DNA from: Callorhinchus milii
Lineage: Eukaryota
Length of the DNA stretch: 64,000 nt
Assembly (NCBI RefSeq): GCF_018977255.1
Contig: NW_024704742.1
Coordinates: 35,962,001 to 36,026,000 of the forward strand
Direction of reading: 5' to 3'
The translations under genes and the position numbers were made by a program. A model generated the notes under the pieces. It searched no databases, was not told the DNA's origin, and saw only the letters and a program-made list of their open reading frames with translations. Positions 12,801 through 27,800 of the stretch are shown in pieces (within the stretch, counting starts at the first letter, position 1; each line of letters opens with the position of its first letter).

Positions 12801-15800
12801 TATCAAATAATCACAAACAGATCAATAGGGAAGTTAGAAGAAATTTCTTCACACAGAGTAGTGGGAATGTGGAACATACTACCACAAGGAGTTGTTGAGG
12901 CAAATAGCATAGATGTATTTATGGGAAAGCTGGATAGGTACATGAGGGAGAAAGGAATAGAAGGTTATGCTTGGAGGCTTTAGTTGAGGAAGGACAGGAG
13001 GAGGCTCATGTGGAGCATAAACACCGGCATAGACCAATTGGGCCGAATGGCCTGTTTCTGTATTGTATATTCTAATGTATTCTAATGTATTCTAATGTAA
13101 AAGGGTAGAAGGACCCTCTTCATCTGTTCCTCTCTTGCAATCTTTAAAATCAATCCCATCCATGTGGATAGTTACTAAGTTGAAACATGCATCAATTACT
13201 AAATCGAGCTATGCATTCGGAAGCCAGCTTAAAAACTCACCAACTTTATATATCCTTCAGCATCCAGCAACAGGTTCTCTGGTTTCAGATCTCTGTATAT
13301 GACTCCAATGCTATGCAGATAATCAAATGCTTCTGTCACACAAGCAATGCAAAACTTTGCAGCAGGCTCTTCAAAACAGCCTCTAAAATAAGAAGGTTGT
13401 ATTAAGACATGTTGTCATTGCCACATGTAGATTAATCTGGATTTGTCTTCTGATCTGCACAGCTTCTGATCAGTTCTAGATATTGTAACTATCCAGTAGC
13501 CCACACAAGCCAGATAGATACTGAACTCACATAGATACAGAATTTGTTCACAAATCATGATTTATTAATACAGGGGGAGGGAACCTCAGCTATCTCCATT
13601 ATCCCTACTAGAAACAGATCCTACAGGCACCTCGGTTGATAGTCAGTGTCCTGTGACAGTGCACACGGTCAGATACTCAGACTCTCATGGTTTCTCAATC
13701 TCCATGCACGACAGCTTTGACAAGTTCTCCACAACAGCTCCAATCTGGCCATGCACCCAGGTTTAAGGTTTCTTTTGTTAACCTTGATTTCATCCAGTCT
13801 CAGAGCAAAAGATTGGTCAGCCCGGTGTTTGACACATGCGGAAACCCATCACCATGCTTAAGAGTATCCAAACCAAACAGAAAGTTCCATGAATCCCACC
13901 TGTACATAGAAATCCCAGAAATATTTGTTGGAATGGATTGCACACTCTGTTCCTGGAGGGGCACATCCTGCTTACCTAATTCCGGGAAGGATTAGGCACA
14001 GGGTGGCAAGAGCCAAGGCTTGGGGATCCCAATGTGTGCATTGGGGTACTGATGGAGTCTAACCAGCTAAAATTAGATCGCTTGTCATTGAGGGCACTGC
14101 CTGACAAACCTTTCCGCTGTTTATCCAGCGAGGATCACATTACCCTTCAGGGCTATGGCTGCAGGGTTATCAGGAGCTGAGTGGGATGAATCCCTGCCCC
14201 TAGTGACAGATCTGCCCTTCTGCTGATGAGGCAGCCTGCGTGTGCTGTTATCAGTGGTACCTTGGAATACTGTGGACCAGCTTGCCTCAGGAACTAGACT
14301 ACCGAGACTGTCACAGAGGGTTGGCTCGATTCCAACATTTCTTTGCCAAACACATCACAAGTTAAACTCCAAGGAGACCCTGCTTACCTCCCAGCAAGGA
14401 GGATAGTCACTAAGAAACTGATGAGGGGAAGTGGGAAACGGCAAATCATTTTACAGCTTTATACCATCCAAGCTCCACTCCACTCAGGTAATGTGCAAGA
14501 CTTTTAGGTTGACCTCATGGCTTAATCGGTCAATCCCTTTTACATTGTACTAGATTGCCTCACCTATCCCTGAGGATGCTCCAGATCTCTCCTCCAAGGC
14601 AGGCCTCCAACAACATGTAGACAAACTTGTTGTCTTTGAAACTGCGATACAGTCTGCAACAGCACCGAGAAGAGATAAAAAAGAGAAAGAAATCAGGCAT
14701 TAAACCAGTGCAAGTGCAAATGAAATGCAAACATACTGTAATAAAGCACTTAATACTTACTCAACAGACTTTGTAAGTTTTAATTATCAATGCAGCCATA
14801 GCCTGTTACAAAGGTAACGTGCGTATGAGGTTTTGGATCGGTATCTAATTTGCATTGTGTTTTATTGAGATTTCTTTAATAAACAATTACAGTAAACTCC
14901 TGATAACTCCAATGTGGCTTAACGTGTCACTACCACTTAAGCCTCATCATGCTGTCAATATCCCAGCCACATTTATTTATGGATTTATATATATGCCTAA
15001 CTTCCCACTCCTAATAACTTGTCATTGAGCTCTTCCCTTGGAGTGACATGTAGTTGTGCAAATAGGATCTCTTTCCAATAGAAGAGACGTCACGCTGACC
15101 AGCAGCCTGCTACTGTACAGCACTCCAAGTCTCTGACCTGCATGAAATGCCCTATATAAATCCAAGTTGCTGGTGTTGATAGTGAAACACCTCTGCTGAT
15201 TCCATGTCTTGGGCTCTCACTATGGCTTGGAATACAGTAGACCTGACTGGCTCAGAAACTGGATCACTGAGATCACATAGAGGGCTGACTCAATTCCAAC
15301 ATTCACTGCCAACTGTTGGTGCTCCAATGTGCAGGGCAGCTGCTCTGCTCAGACCCCATGCATTCACGAAAGCTGAAATTCTTGGATGACAATACAGTCC
15401 TCATATTTCATAGGCTGATTGGGTGCCACAAATTCTCCGACACATTGCTAGATAGAGCACAGCTAGCAGTGGACACCTCTATAATGCGGAGACTAAAAAT
15501 GGGTATCAGATGCCAGTTGTCATTCCCATCTATTTCTTAAGGAAAACCTTTTTATTGCTCCCCTGACATTAGAGAGTCAAATGTTGTGCCGGTGATTAAA
15601 TATAAATGAATCCATTTCCTACATTCAACCACCATCTCCTCATTTTTATTCCATGAACCCTTGACCTTTCGGATCACAGGCCATAATTCACTTTATGTTC
15701 GACTCACAGCCATCAGCTCTCCTGCATGTGAATTATTAAAGAAGGTAGCTTTTAAAGCCCAAATGGCCCTTTTGGTTCATCACAAATGCTAGTGGAAACA

Positions 15801-18800
15801 CACGTCCTCTACCGTCTAACCGAAAAAGATATCTTTAGAGAATTGTGTCTTAACCCTAAGCATCCCGCTGGCAATAACATGGCATGTGGTGGGGTGGGCG
15901 CTGTGTGGGGTGGGGGTTGGCGGGAATCTTGGAAACCATTCAAGTGGCACTTATATTGCACATTTCAGATAGGAAAGCCTCTTAAGGTGCAGATGCGAGA
16001 TCATAACCAAAGGTGCAGTCAGAAAGGTAGGTTCCTAGAAGGATTTTGAAAGCGGAGAAAGAAGGTGAGTGATAGAAAGGTTTAGAGAGACTGTTCCAGG
16101 GAGTGAGCAAAATGGCTGAATGGATCCTCAACGGCTCCAGAGAATAATAACTTATAGAAAGTCAACAAATTAAATCTCAGTAAGGTATAATGAAACCAAA
16201 TGTTGTATATTTGTAGTTATCCAACGTGAGAAAAAGTGCAGAAACTTGACTTGTTTGAGTTACCAATATAACGTGAATAGTTTGCTTTATAATACTTACT
16301 TTACAACAAATGGAGAGCACACTTCTTCTAGAATCTTCTTTTCTGAGTGAATGTGCTCCTGTTGTCTTGTGCGAACAACATGTTGTTTCTTTATACACTT
16401 CATAGCAAACGCTACATTTTCATTTTTGATTTTAACCTTTATAGAAAGAGACACAGTAATTTCTTGTTGCAATTCTAGAATGTAGAAAAAGGCAGATTTG
16501 CAGAAATTAGTTTTTCTCTACAAATTTAAATCTTTTGGGGCCAAAAATGTTACATTTGTGAACATCATCAATTGCTTATTTGGTACAATTTAATTTATTT
16601 ATGGAATTGCATTAAGATATATTTTGAAGTTCCCACCTTCACCTGACATTCAAATAAGGTTTACGCTTGAACCACTTAGTGGGAATCAATTTTCAATTCC
16701 TGAACAGTAGCTTGAAAGAGTTGTAATGTCTTAGCGTCACTCCTTCTTGTCCTACCAGTCCCTTCACAAGCCCCTCCAATTGGGTTTCCATGCTGCTCAC
16801 AGCATAGAAACTGCTCTGGTCTAGATCACAAATGACATCCTGCCCATCTGTGATCACCACCAACAACAACAACAAGATTGCATTTGTATAGCGCTTTTCA
16901 CATCGGGAGGACGTCTCAATGTGCTGGACAGTGTACAGCATTTTAGACCTGAGCTGGAATCGGGGGGGAGAAGGGAGGGGAGGGGAAGGGGGGTGGCCGA
17001 TGGCATGGTCGAAGAGGAGGGTCTTGAGGCGGGACTTGAAGGAGGCTAAGGAGGGGGTGAGGCAGAGTGACTGGGGGATGGAATTCCAGAGGTTGGGGGC
17101 AGAATGACTGAAGGCTCTCCCGCCAATGGTGGGGCGGGGGACGTGGAGCAGGCCAGAGCCGGCTGAGTGGAAGGAGCGGGCGGGTTGGTAGGGGGTTAGG
17201 AGGTCGCAGAGGTAGGGTGGGGCGAGGCCATGGAGGGCTTTGTAGGTGAGGACCAGGATCTTGAACTGGATCCTCTGAAGGATAGGGAGCCAATGGAGTC
17301 AGGCGAGAACGGAGTTTGGTGCGGGAGAGGACACGGGCTGCAGATTTCTAGATTGTCTGCAGCCTGTGGGGGGAGGAGTTGGGAAGGCCAACAACCAGGG
17401 CGTTTGGATAGTCGAGCCTGGAGGTGATGAAGGAATGAACAAGAGTTTCAGCGGCCTGAAGGGTGAGACCAGGGCTCCCTCTGCCTCCTCATCCTCCTCG
17501 ACCGCTCTGCTGCCTTCGATACCGTGGACCACTCCATCCTCCTCCACAGCCTCTCCTCTCACCTCAACTTCAAGGTTCTGTTCTTGAATGGTTCCGGTTT
17601 TATCTCTCACACCGCCTCCAATTTGTCTCTGCCAACAGTTTCTCTTCCAGCCCCCTCAAAGTCTCATGAGGTGTTCTTCAGGGCTCTGTCCTCGGTCCCC
17701 ATCTCTTCAACCTCTACATACTCCCCCTTGGTGACATCATCCGCAAACATGGAGTCAAGTACCACATGTACACGGATGACACCCAACTCTATCTTTCTGC
17801 CTCCACCTTGATTCCAGGACGACTGACATCCTGACAGACTGTCTGTCTGACATCAAGTCCAGGATGAGAGCCAACTTTCTCCAGCTGAACGTCAGCAAGA
17901 CTAAGGCCCTCCCGATTAATTTGTGCCAGTGCCTCTGCACCTCAGGCACTGACAGCATCAGCATCCAAGTATGCACTCTCCACCTCACCAAGCCAGTCAG
18001 GAACCTGGGTGTCTTGTTCGACCCTCAACTGTCCTTTCTCCCCCATATCCATGTCATGACCCGCTCTGCCTTCCCCCACTTCCACAACATTGCTTGACTC
18101 TGCCACTGCTTCAGCCCTCAGGCTGCCAAAACCCTCATACACGCATTCGTCACCTCAAGACTCAAGTACGGAAACTCCCACCTTGTCGGCCTCCCCAACT
18201 TTTCCCTCCACAAGCCGCAGATCATCCAGAACTCTGCAGCTTATGTCCTCTCCCGCACCAGACTCTGTGACACCATCACCCCACCTTCGCCCGGCTCCAC
18301 TGGCTCCCTATCCCTCAGAGGATATAATTCAAAATGCTCGTCCTCACTTTCAAGGCCCTCCATGGCCTTGCCCCCTCCTAAAATGCAGCATTTCTCCAAT
18401 GCTACCTAGACTATAAACTCAGATCTTGACACAGGGCTTAATATCACAGACTTCTAACTCAGAGGTGAGAGAGTTACTAATTGAGCAAAGCTGACAACTG
18501 CCAGTTCTGTTCTTACCAGTTCAACTCTTCCAAATCCACCCACCCCTAAGGTGGTAATGATTTCCAGGTTCTGGAATGGTATTGTTGCAGGAAACTTGGC
18601 AACTTTCTCCTTCAACTGGATCATCTCTAAAGAGACTGTTCCTCCTCGTGCACATGTTGATCTCCTAGAATGGCAGAAATATTAAAATAATAAATGTGGA
18701 GAATTCATATTTAATTTAAGATTTGTATAAGACTTTAACGTCTGAATCCTACATCAAATATTTCTCTAAATGACAAAAATGTTGCCCTTAATACTTTTCT

Positions 18801-21800
18801 TGGTGGGAGCGGAGCATATGCAGTTTCTAAAATATCCCAATTATTTTACTTTATGAAGACTACAAATAGAAACACAGGAAAACAGGAAGAAGAGGTCATT
18901 CCACCTCCTCTTTAGTAAACTATTTAGTTAATTTAGTACACAATCACTGGACAGCATCCAAGGATACTATATCCTTCCTAAGACTGGATGGTGCCAAAAT
19001 TCAACATTTAATCAGATGTCAATAAAGGTACTAAAAAAAAACACTTGTTTGGAATTTTCCAACCTGAATGCCCAATGTTTATGTAAAAATACCTAAACTG
19101 TGATTTTCCTATTGAGCACCTTTTAATCCCTTATTGCAAATTGGACTCCATTGTTGTGAATAAAAGACACAATCAATCCACTTTACAATATATTCTGTGA
19201 AGCACTTTGAGACCTTTCAACGATATGATAAAGCGCTATATCAAATGCAAGTATTACTATAAATATGACTTACTTTGCATGCCTTTTCTCATCATCTCTG
19301 GCCAGCTCTGCTACATAGTCCTGAAGGTACTTCTGCAGCTCCTCAAATGTACCAACCGTTTGGTTAAATGTTCTGCAGCATACAACAAAATAAAACTGAG
19401 CATCGCAGATCGTGACTGTAATCTTAAAATATTTTTTTGTGGGAACAGATGCAGTTTCTAAACTATTCCAATTGTTTCACTTTAGAAAGTCTATGAATAG
19501 GAACATGGGAAAACAAGAAGAAGAGAAGGCCTGGCTCAGTTAGTAGCACTCTCTCTTCTGATTCACAAGGTTGTGAATTGAAGATGCATGTCGATATAAT
19601 CTAAACTGATACTTCAGTGCAGTGCTGGGGGTTTGCTTCTTTGTTGGAGGTGAGGTGTTAATCCAAGGCCCCTTTTGCCTGTTCAGATGGATGTTAAAGA
19701 TCCAATGACAATATTCCAATGGGACAAGGGAGTTTTTCTCTCCCAGTATCCTGGCAAACAATCCCCAAGCACCCCCCCAAAAAACTGATCACTCACTCCA
19801 CACTTGTTTGTGGGATGCTGTGTGCAAATTGGCTGTGTGCAACACACTTTACAGTATATCTTGTGAAGCACTTTGGGATGTCCTCCCGATGTGAAAGGTG
19901 CTATACAAAATGTAGGGATGGTTATTAAAATCATCACAAGATTGGTTTGGACACAGACATCCCATCCGATCTCACCCCCCTTCCCAGAACATCCACCCCA
20001 CGGTCCTCCAATCACAGTATCAAGCTGTTTTTTAAAAATGAGTCCAGAATCCTGAGCCTCAACTATCCTTCCAGTCTATCTGATTCAGTCATTAATTACC
20101 CTCTTAATCAAGAATTGCTTCAGCATGATAATGTCGAACTTGTATACAAAGATATCATTGCTCATCTCCTCCAAAATAGGAATGTATCGGGTTGCCTAGA
20201 GAGATGTGTGTGTGGTGGGGGGGTTACATCTGGGTTGATTCTCCATTTAGCAAATCACTGAATTAACTTTGAAGGTTCCTTTAAAAGAACCTGTCCTTCG
20301 GAAGAGATGTTAAACCAAGGGCTGATATGCCTTCAGGTGGTCGTCAAAGAGAGAAGGGAATTTTTCCAGGTGTTCTGGCCAACGTTCCCCTAGAAGAAAA
20401 TGGTCATTCACTTCATTGCTGTTTGTGGGACACTGTTGGGTGCATATTGGCTGCTGGTTCACTTACAAAATATGCGGTCACGATACTCTACATTAAATCC
20501 TATAAAGTTCTTTGAGACGTTTGGAAGACACGATAAGACGCTATGTCAAATGCAGGGAGGATGTAATAGATTCAAGTCCATGATTTTTTTTATCATTATA
20601 GAGTATGGTCTTTGATACACTTGAATAGATTCACATTATGAATTAGGTACGAAGGTGTACAATATATCACAACTGTGCATTGAATTTTGCTGTATATTCC
20701 ACCTTGCATTCTGGTTAGTTACATTTGTAGTGTGTTCAATGTGTTCCTACAAATCTTTCTTCAACCCTGTCTCAATAATGTGTGGTCACTTCAAAGAGAA
20801 GTAACAAAGGTGCTGGTGCTTAAATTTCAGATCAGAGCACTTGGCAGGGGGAGGTTTTTTGCTGCATATAATAAAAAACACACAGAAATAAGATACAATA
20901 AACCATATATCAAAATGGTAGAATGTCTTATTTACACATGCACAAAAAGTGCATAAAGAAGGACACTTTTGGTATTTCGACTACAGCACCTTTTTACCGG
21001 TTAAAACAATGTTAGCTTTGTCATAAACTTTAGAACGATTGCTAAACTTTAATCTAGTGGTAATTAACGAACATGATTAGAAATCCAATGCAGTTCTCTA
21101 TCAAATTAAATAATTTAAAAGCAATGGAATTTAGGGGAAAACTTTCAGATGTAACTCATACAAACACATACAAAATTCCATATTTTTGGGGGTAAAACAC
21201 TTTACAGAATATACTGTAAAGTGATGTGGCTGTGTGTATTTGGTGGGTGAATGCAGCAGCAATTGAGTGAGTGACCAATTTTAATTGGGATAATTTGTTG
21301 CCACAATACCGGGAAAAACTCCCCTCGCTTTTTGAATAGTGCCATGGGATCTTTAAGGTCCATCTGGACAGGCAGACAGGAGCTCGGTTTAACCTCTCTT
21401 CTATTGGGAGTGTCAGTATAGAATATATGGGTTACAAGTACAGACATGAGGCTTGAACCCACAACCTTCAGGCTGAGAGGCGAGAGTGCTACCAACTGAT
21501 CCAGGCTGACACATTGGAGTTCATTCGTGGTCTGCCACCTCGATTTCATCTGACACAGGATGATGTGAGGGGTTGGCAGACTTCATAACACCAGCTTTGA
21601 TACCTTGAAGTGGGGTCAGGACAGTCCTATCAGTGGACCTCATATTAACAGTTGACATCTATCCACAGGCTCCTTCCAAAGTCCAGGGGAGACATGGAGG
21701 GAGTCAGCCAATGTTCACCCTTTTATGGTAACCCTTTCAGAGAAAATACACCTGGATTTTGACACAATAATGTGTTTAGGAACACCCCAAACTGTACACT

Positions 21801-24800
21801 TAGGTCTTTTAGAAATGAAAAGACTTAAACACCATCGTACTTAGAGTAAATCAATATTTCCATTGTAATATTATCTGTGTGTGCACAATGTGTGCAAATG
21901 CTGAAAACTGCCTTTGTGTACAAGATCTCTATTACATTAATCTACCCTCACACCATCTGCCGTAGACAAACAAATTGAACTCAGTGAGGGAAAGCAACAT
22001 TTCTTTAATCTGTAATGTGCAAATGATTAGACTTCCAAAGGTGTGATCACTCAACTGAAATGACCAATGTTTACCAGTATGACTTACTCTCTGTCTATAA
22101 CAAGGCACTCCACATCGTTTTCATCAGCGATTATGTTAGCTGACCTGACATCATCACTGTGGAGGATAAAAGATAAGAAATATTTCAGAAATACATCACA
22201 CACTGCTTTGAAATGAACTAAGATCTGGCAGTCTGACAAATGAACTCCTTTGCCTTCAAACAGAATAATATATGCACTCTCACACCAACAGACACTGCTT
22301 ACCCGATCCGGCTCATTGGCTTGTTAATCAATCATATTTTCAGAGTCTTATAAACACCTCAGGCCAGCTGTTCATACAAAGTACAAAGCATTGTATGATT
22401 TCATAGGAAATGGGTATTAGCTGCAGTAAGATCATGTAACACGAGCCCAATCCATTAAAGATTGCACAAACATTAAAGGGACAATGTTATCATGAAAAGA
22501 CAGTTGAAGATGACATGAGTTATATCGAAATGCATCACTGAATCATTTGAGAGCAATTTTGATGACAGACCAACCAGCCTGGCTTGTCAGCAGAACTTTG
22601 GGGGGTGGGGAGACCAATCACTGGGAGCAGGGATTCTTGCCACTCAGCTCCTGTTAAAAATGTAAACCAAAGCCCTAACAGGTAAGATGGTCCTAGCCAG
22701 AATAGCAGCAGCAAACTGTTGGTTAAAACTGTAGCAGTACTGCAACGCGCACTCTGGGGTCCGCTTGCCTTGGGTCTCATCAACCTGTGCTTAATACTTT
22801 CCAGAATTAGGTGAGTAGGGAGAGAGTCCAATACATACAAAGAAAAATTTCCATTCACAGGTGAGACTTTCAAGCCAGTTTGGATATGCTTAAGGATGGG
22901 TTTCCAATCGTGCATGTCTCAAACACCTGGCTAATCCCCCCAAAAAAAATTGAGGGAAATTTCATTACAGTGAAAATAGTGAATGCAACTTCTCTCTTTA
23001 TCTGTCTCCAATTATTTTTCAATGAAGACAACATCAAACATGCAAGTTAGTTTATTATATATTAAACTTATTTTGTAGGGATGAAGTGTAATTTCTCCTC
23101 CAGAAGTAATGCAGCTCAATATTGGACACCTAGCAATTGATCTTGATTCACCGGTATTTAACGATGTGTAACTTTTGTCACAGGGACCTGGATTAATTAT
23201 CTGCTCAGCAGTGGATAGCAACTTTTGATTAATCACTAAAGCAACCCAATTTACACTCAAAATTGGCATCCATATTTTGAACTTGTTACTAGAATACTCT
23301 ATCCCTGGCAAGTGGTAAGCAAGCCATCTAATTCAATGGAAGCTGAAATGATGCAGAAATGACACCACAATGAAAAAAGGGTTATGAAAATCTCTCAAAA
23401 TGAATTTAAAAAACTTAACAATCAGACCCTCCTCACTTCGTCCAGTGAAAGACAGAAACTGAAGCTAATTCTTCCCGCTGACTTACAGCTTTTCTGACCT
23501 GCAAGTTGAATCTTATCTCAACAATAAAGATTATTAAAAACTGAGGCAAATAACCTGGAAAAGGGCAATTCTGAGAAAGAAAATGGGAAAATCCCAGAAA
23601 AAATCAGATGAAATAAAAAAGTTTCAGGAACATGAGGCAAGTTTTGAATTTAGCATGATTTTGAGATTCTCAATAGTGGGGTCATGTTACGTAGTGGTTA
23701 CAGCACTCGCCTCGCCAGCGAGAGGATCCAAGTTTGATTCCTGGATAGGGCGAAACGTTAGGCAAGTTAACGTACTCCAAACACCTGTTTGCCTAGCAGT
23801 CAGTAGGAACGCTATTGTTAGTTAAACATTTTCTGGGAGTCCCTTCNAAAAAATGTTTTTTTTAAAAAAATCATTTGGTCACTCAATCCATGACTGTTTG
23901 TGGGACACTGCTGTGCACAATTGGTTGCCGTGTTTTGCCCACAAAATATATTCAATTCACTTTACAGTATATTCTGTGAAGCATCTTGAGACATCTCAAA
24001 TGATGTCATTAGGTGTCATATCAAATGCAAGCATTATTATTATTATTATTTCAATGAGCTTGCCCGAACAACTATAAATAGTGAGCTGCTGCTGCATGCT
24101 CACTCATCCTGGCCAATGTAAGCCGAGATCATTTACTTTCGACAGACTAACCTGACAAGAGCCTTTTCTCCAAAGTAGTCTCCTTTTTGCAGTACTTTTA
24201 TCAGCTGTGGGTCTACATGAGCCTCAGTGCTCTGAGTCACTTGCACCTAAAGTCAATGATGACACAGATCAGGATCAATGTGTATTCAAGCCTGATTTTC
24301 ACAATCTAAATATTTATACGTCTTTTAGATCATTCTTTCAAAACCCCCCCAGTGACTCCTCAAACACCATTGTTGATTTCACCATTGTAAGTCGCATACT
24401 AAATTTCCACATTAATTAATATAAAGACTGTTTTCTTTGATGTCAAAATTTATAAATGAATTTGTTTCTTAAAGAGACAGCATCTTTTTCTGTTGTCTAC
24501 CCTGGTTTTATTCTATCAAGTTATGAGATAAGATACATATGAAGAGAGGCTGACTAATTTGTGGCTTGTTTCATTGGAGGAGAGTTGATCGAGAGGAAAT
24601 ATGGTAGAGCTGTTTAAGATTCTGAAGAAGAATAACTAAGTAAATAGGTGGAAAAATCCAATTCCTTCAGTTGAATAGGTGACAAGGAGACAAGGTGACT
24701 CAGGATTGTTTGCAGAAAAAGGAAGGGAGAAGTTAGAAGGAATATCTTCAAGTGGAACTGGGTAAACATTGGACTAGTAAAAACATTAACAACATGTGAA

Positions 24801-27800
24801 GAGAGCTAGAAAGTGGGATTAACAACAAAAGGTAACCTAGAAAGACAGATAGCAGTGACACAGACAATGGTAGATCAAAAAAACATTTTCTGTGCTGAAT
24901 ATTTCAATATGTTTTCTGTTTCAAGTGAAGCTAACAAAATAGTTTGTGTAGCTTCATACTGACAGTTTGTATAGTTAAAATCATATATGTTGATGCTACA
25001 AAGAACTGTATTTGTATTAGCCCCTTTAAACAGCTACCTTCTGTTATGCAGTACTATTTATATGACCAAAGAAGATGTCAAATCTACTCAATTTTATCCA
25101 TATTTCAAAAGCAATAACAGCTGTTGCCATTGATGACAAGGCCAAGAGATTCATCCCCAGATGATCGTCATATGATGTATGGCCAGTGTAGCCTTGTTCA
25201 AAAACTCTCAGGTTGGGAGATGATATGATAAACCTACTTAATTACCAAATAAGCTAGGTTCAGAGCTTTCTGTGACTGGGGGTAACACGGCGTTCGAGTG
25301 AAGTTTAAGGTTAAAAGATTCATTTTGCAAGCAGTGGATTCCCATCTAGAATCTACAGCCCCTATACTAATAAGATAGGGAATGGTCTCTTTAAACTTTC
25401 AATTTGGTTATTCATCTTATTGCTGTATTTGGGGTATTGTTAGTACTGATTGGCTGTCATGTTGTCTATATGATAACACTTCAAAGCAACACATTTGGGT
25501 TTAAATTGGTTGGATGTGTATGTGTATACAGAGAATTACAGGTGTATTTATGTAATAGACAACCTAGGAAAAGATTTCAAATTATGCTGGAATCTTCCTC
25601 ATTCCTTGTTAATAACATAATTGGGGCAATTATGATTCCTTCTGTACATGTTTGCACACGGATAGCAATTCCCTAAAAATGAGGTACTCAGATCACTAAA
25701 AAATAGTACACAGTCACTACACTTTACAATATACCCTGTGAAGCACTTTGAGAGGTCCTCCTGCCATGAAAGGCGCTATATCAAATGTAAGGATTATTAT
25801 AGGATTAAAATTATATTAGACACCACTACGTGAATCATTTTGTGATATTTTCACGTGATATATTACAATAATATCTACATCCATTTTATCATGAGATAAA
25901 TAATATAATTCTTCAACATCAACAAAGTTGGACTTGGACATTTTCAAGGTATAACATTCAGTGCTGGTGCTTTGGTTGATATCTTGGATGAATTGGATGA
26001 TGATGTCATGAGAAAGAGAGGGCAATAGTGAAGTCAGTGTCAGGCATCTTTTTGTTGAAAACTGCTTTCTTTACTCAAATGAAAAGATTTACAATTTTTT
26101 CACATAAAGTATTTGGGATTTATAGAATCATAGAATTATACAGCACAGAAGGAGGCCATTCGGCCCATCGTGTCTGTGCCGGCTTTTCCTCCCGATTTGA
26201 AAGGCGTTTTACAAATGTAATTTTGTTGTTGTTGTTACCCCTGGAAAAGAGATCCACCAATCAACTAACAACCGGGTTCCTACTTACTCCTAGATAAACA
26301 GAGGCGTGTGAAGTAAGGAAACTCGCCCAACATTTTGCCCTGCCGGGAATCAAACTCAGGTCTCTTACTTGCAAGGTAAGTGCTCTAATCACTGAGCTAC
26401 AAGACTTCATTATAGTCCCATTGCGGCATTTGATGTCCTCTGGTACGGGTGAACCTGCATCCCTTTAATGGGAAGGGTCATTCCTCACTGTAGTATTAGT
26501 ATTGCAGTAAAATGCTTGAAGAGCCTAATAACTGTAATATCGATCTATTCTTCAAATTTACTATAATAATGACCACTAAACTTTGTTTACCTCAACCCCT
26601 TCTGAAACTATACTATAAAAAATGGTCATGTATATTTGCTTTTATATGTGTAAAGCAAATTTGATTATGGATCATTAACATTTTACCTAGATCACTTTTC
26701 TGCTCTTTTGAAAGTCAGCACAATTATTGATAGTCCCTTAAATATCAATAAATTTGATTAAAATAACAGGTGTCTCTCTGCTGAATTCCTTAAATCTTTA
26801 AAGACCTCTCTTACAGGACTCACACTTGACTCATACAGGTTTAAATTACAAATGTTTTCCTCTCTCTGGCTTAACCTTTTTGAAATTCTGTATTACACGG
26901 AACCGCATGCTGTTATCTTTCTCATACCTCTTGCATTTATTAATTTTGAAAAGGGTAAACTGCATACTAAAATGCAAATGACCAAGCACAGTTGTATCGT
27001 TGAAAATAATTTAAATGTGCTGAACGCTGGTGTTTTCCACTTATCCTTATAAAATAAATAAATCTGCTAAACGACAACAACAACTTGGATTTATATAGCG
27101 CCCTCCACGCTGGACGGCGTCTCAGAGCGCTTCACAGTAACGGATCCCGGGACCGAGCCAGGGGGAGGGTGGGAAGGTGACCAAAGGCGTGATCGAAAAG
27201 AAAGGTCTTCAGCCAAGACCTGAAAATAGGAAGAGAGAGATTGAGGCGAAGGGAGTGAGGAAGGGAGTTCCAGAGCCTCAGGGCATAGTGGCTGAAAGCA
27301 CGGCCACCGATGGTGGAGCGGAGGACTCGGGGGGACAAGGAGGAAGCCAGACCCAGTGGAGCAAAGGCAACGGGCACTGCTGTGAGGAGAGAGGAGGTCA
27401 GAGAGGTAGGGGGGTGCAGAGGAGTGGAGGGATTTGAAGACAAGGGTGAGGATCTTGAAATCGATCCTCTCTGGGACAGGCAGCCAGTGCAGTCTGGCAA
27501 GGACTGGGGTGATCGGGGAGTGGAGTTTGGTGCGGGTAAGAATGCGGGCGGCAGAGTTTTGGATGACCTGGATTTGTGAATGGTAGTGGAGGGGAGACCG
27601 GCGAGGAGGGCGTTTGAATAGTTCAGCCGAGAGGTGACAGAGGCATGGACCAGGGTTTCAGCGGCTTTTGGAGTGAGGTTTTGGCAGAGACGGGCGATGT
27701 GTCGGAGGTGGAAGAAAGTGGTGCTGGTGAGGGACCGGATGTGGAGGAGGAAGGATAATTGGGGGTCGAACCTGATGCCTAGGCTGCATATGGGTTTGGA

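Noticed and set aside
23847..23847. Single ambiguous base n
   Set aside because: Assembly artefact within a SINE near an A/T run; no biological meaning
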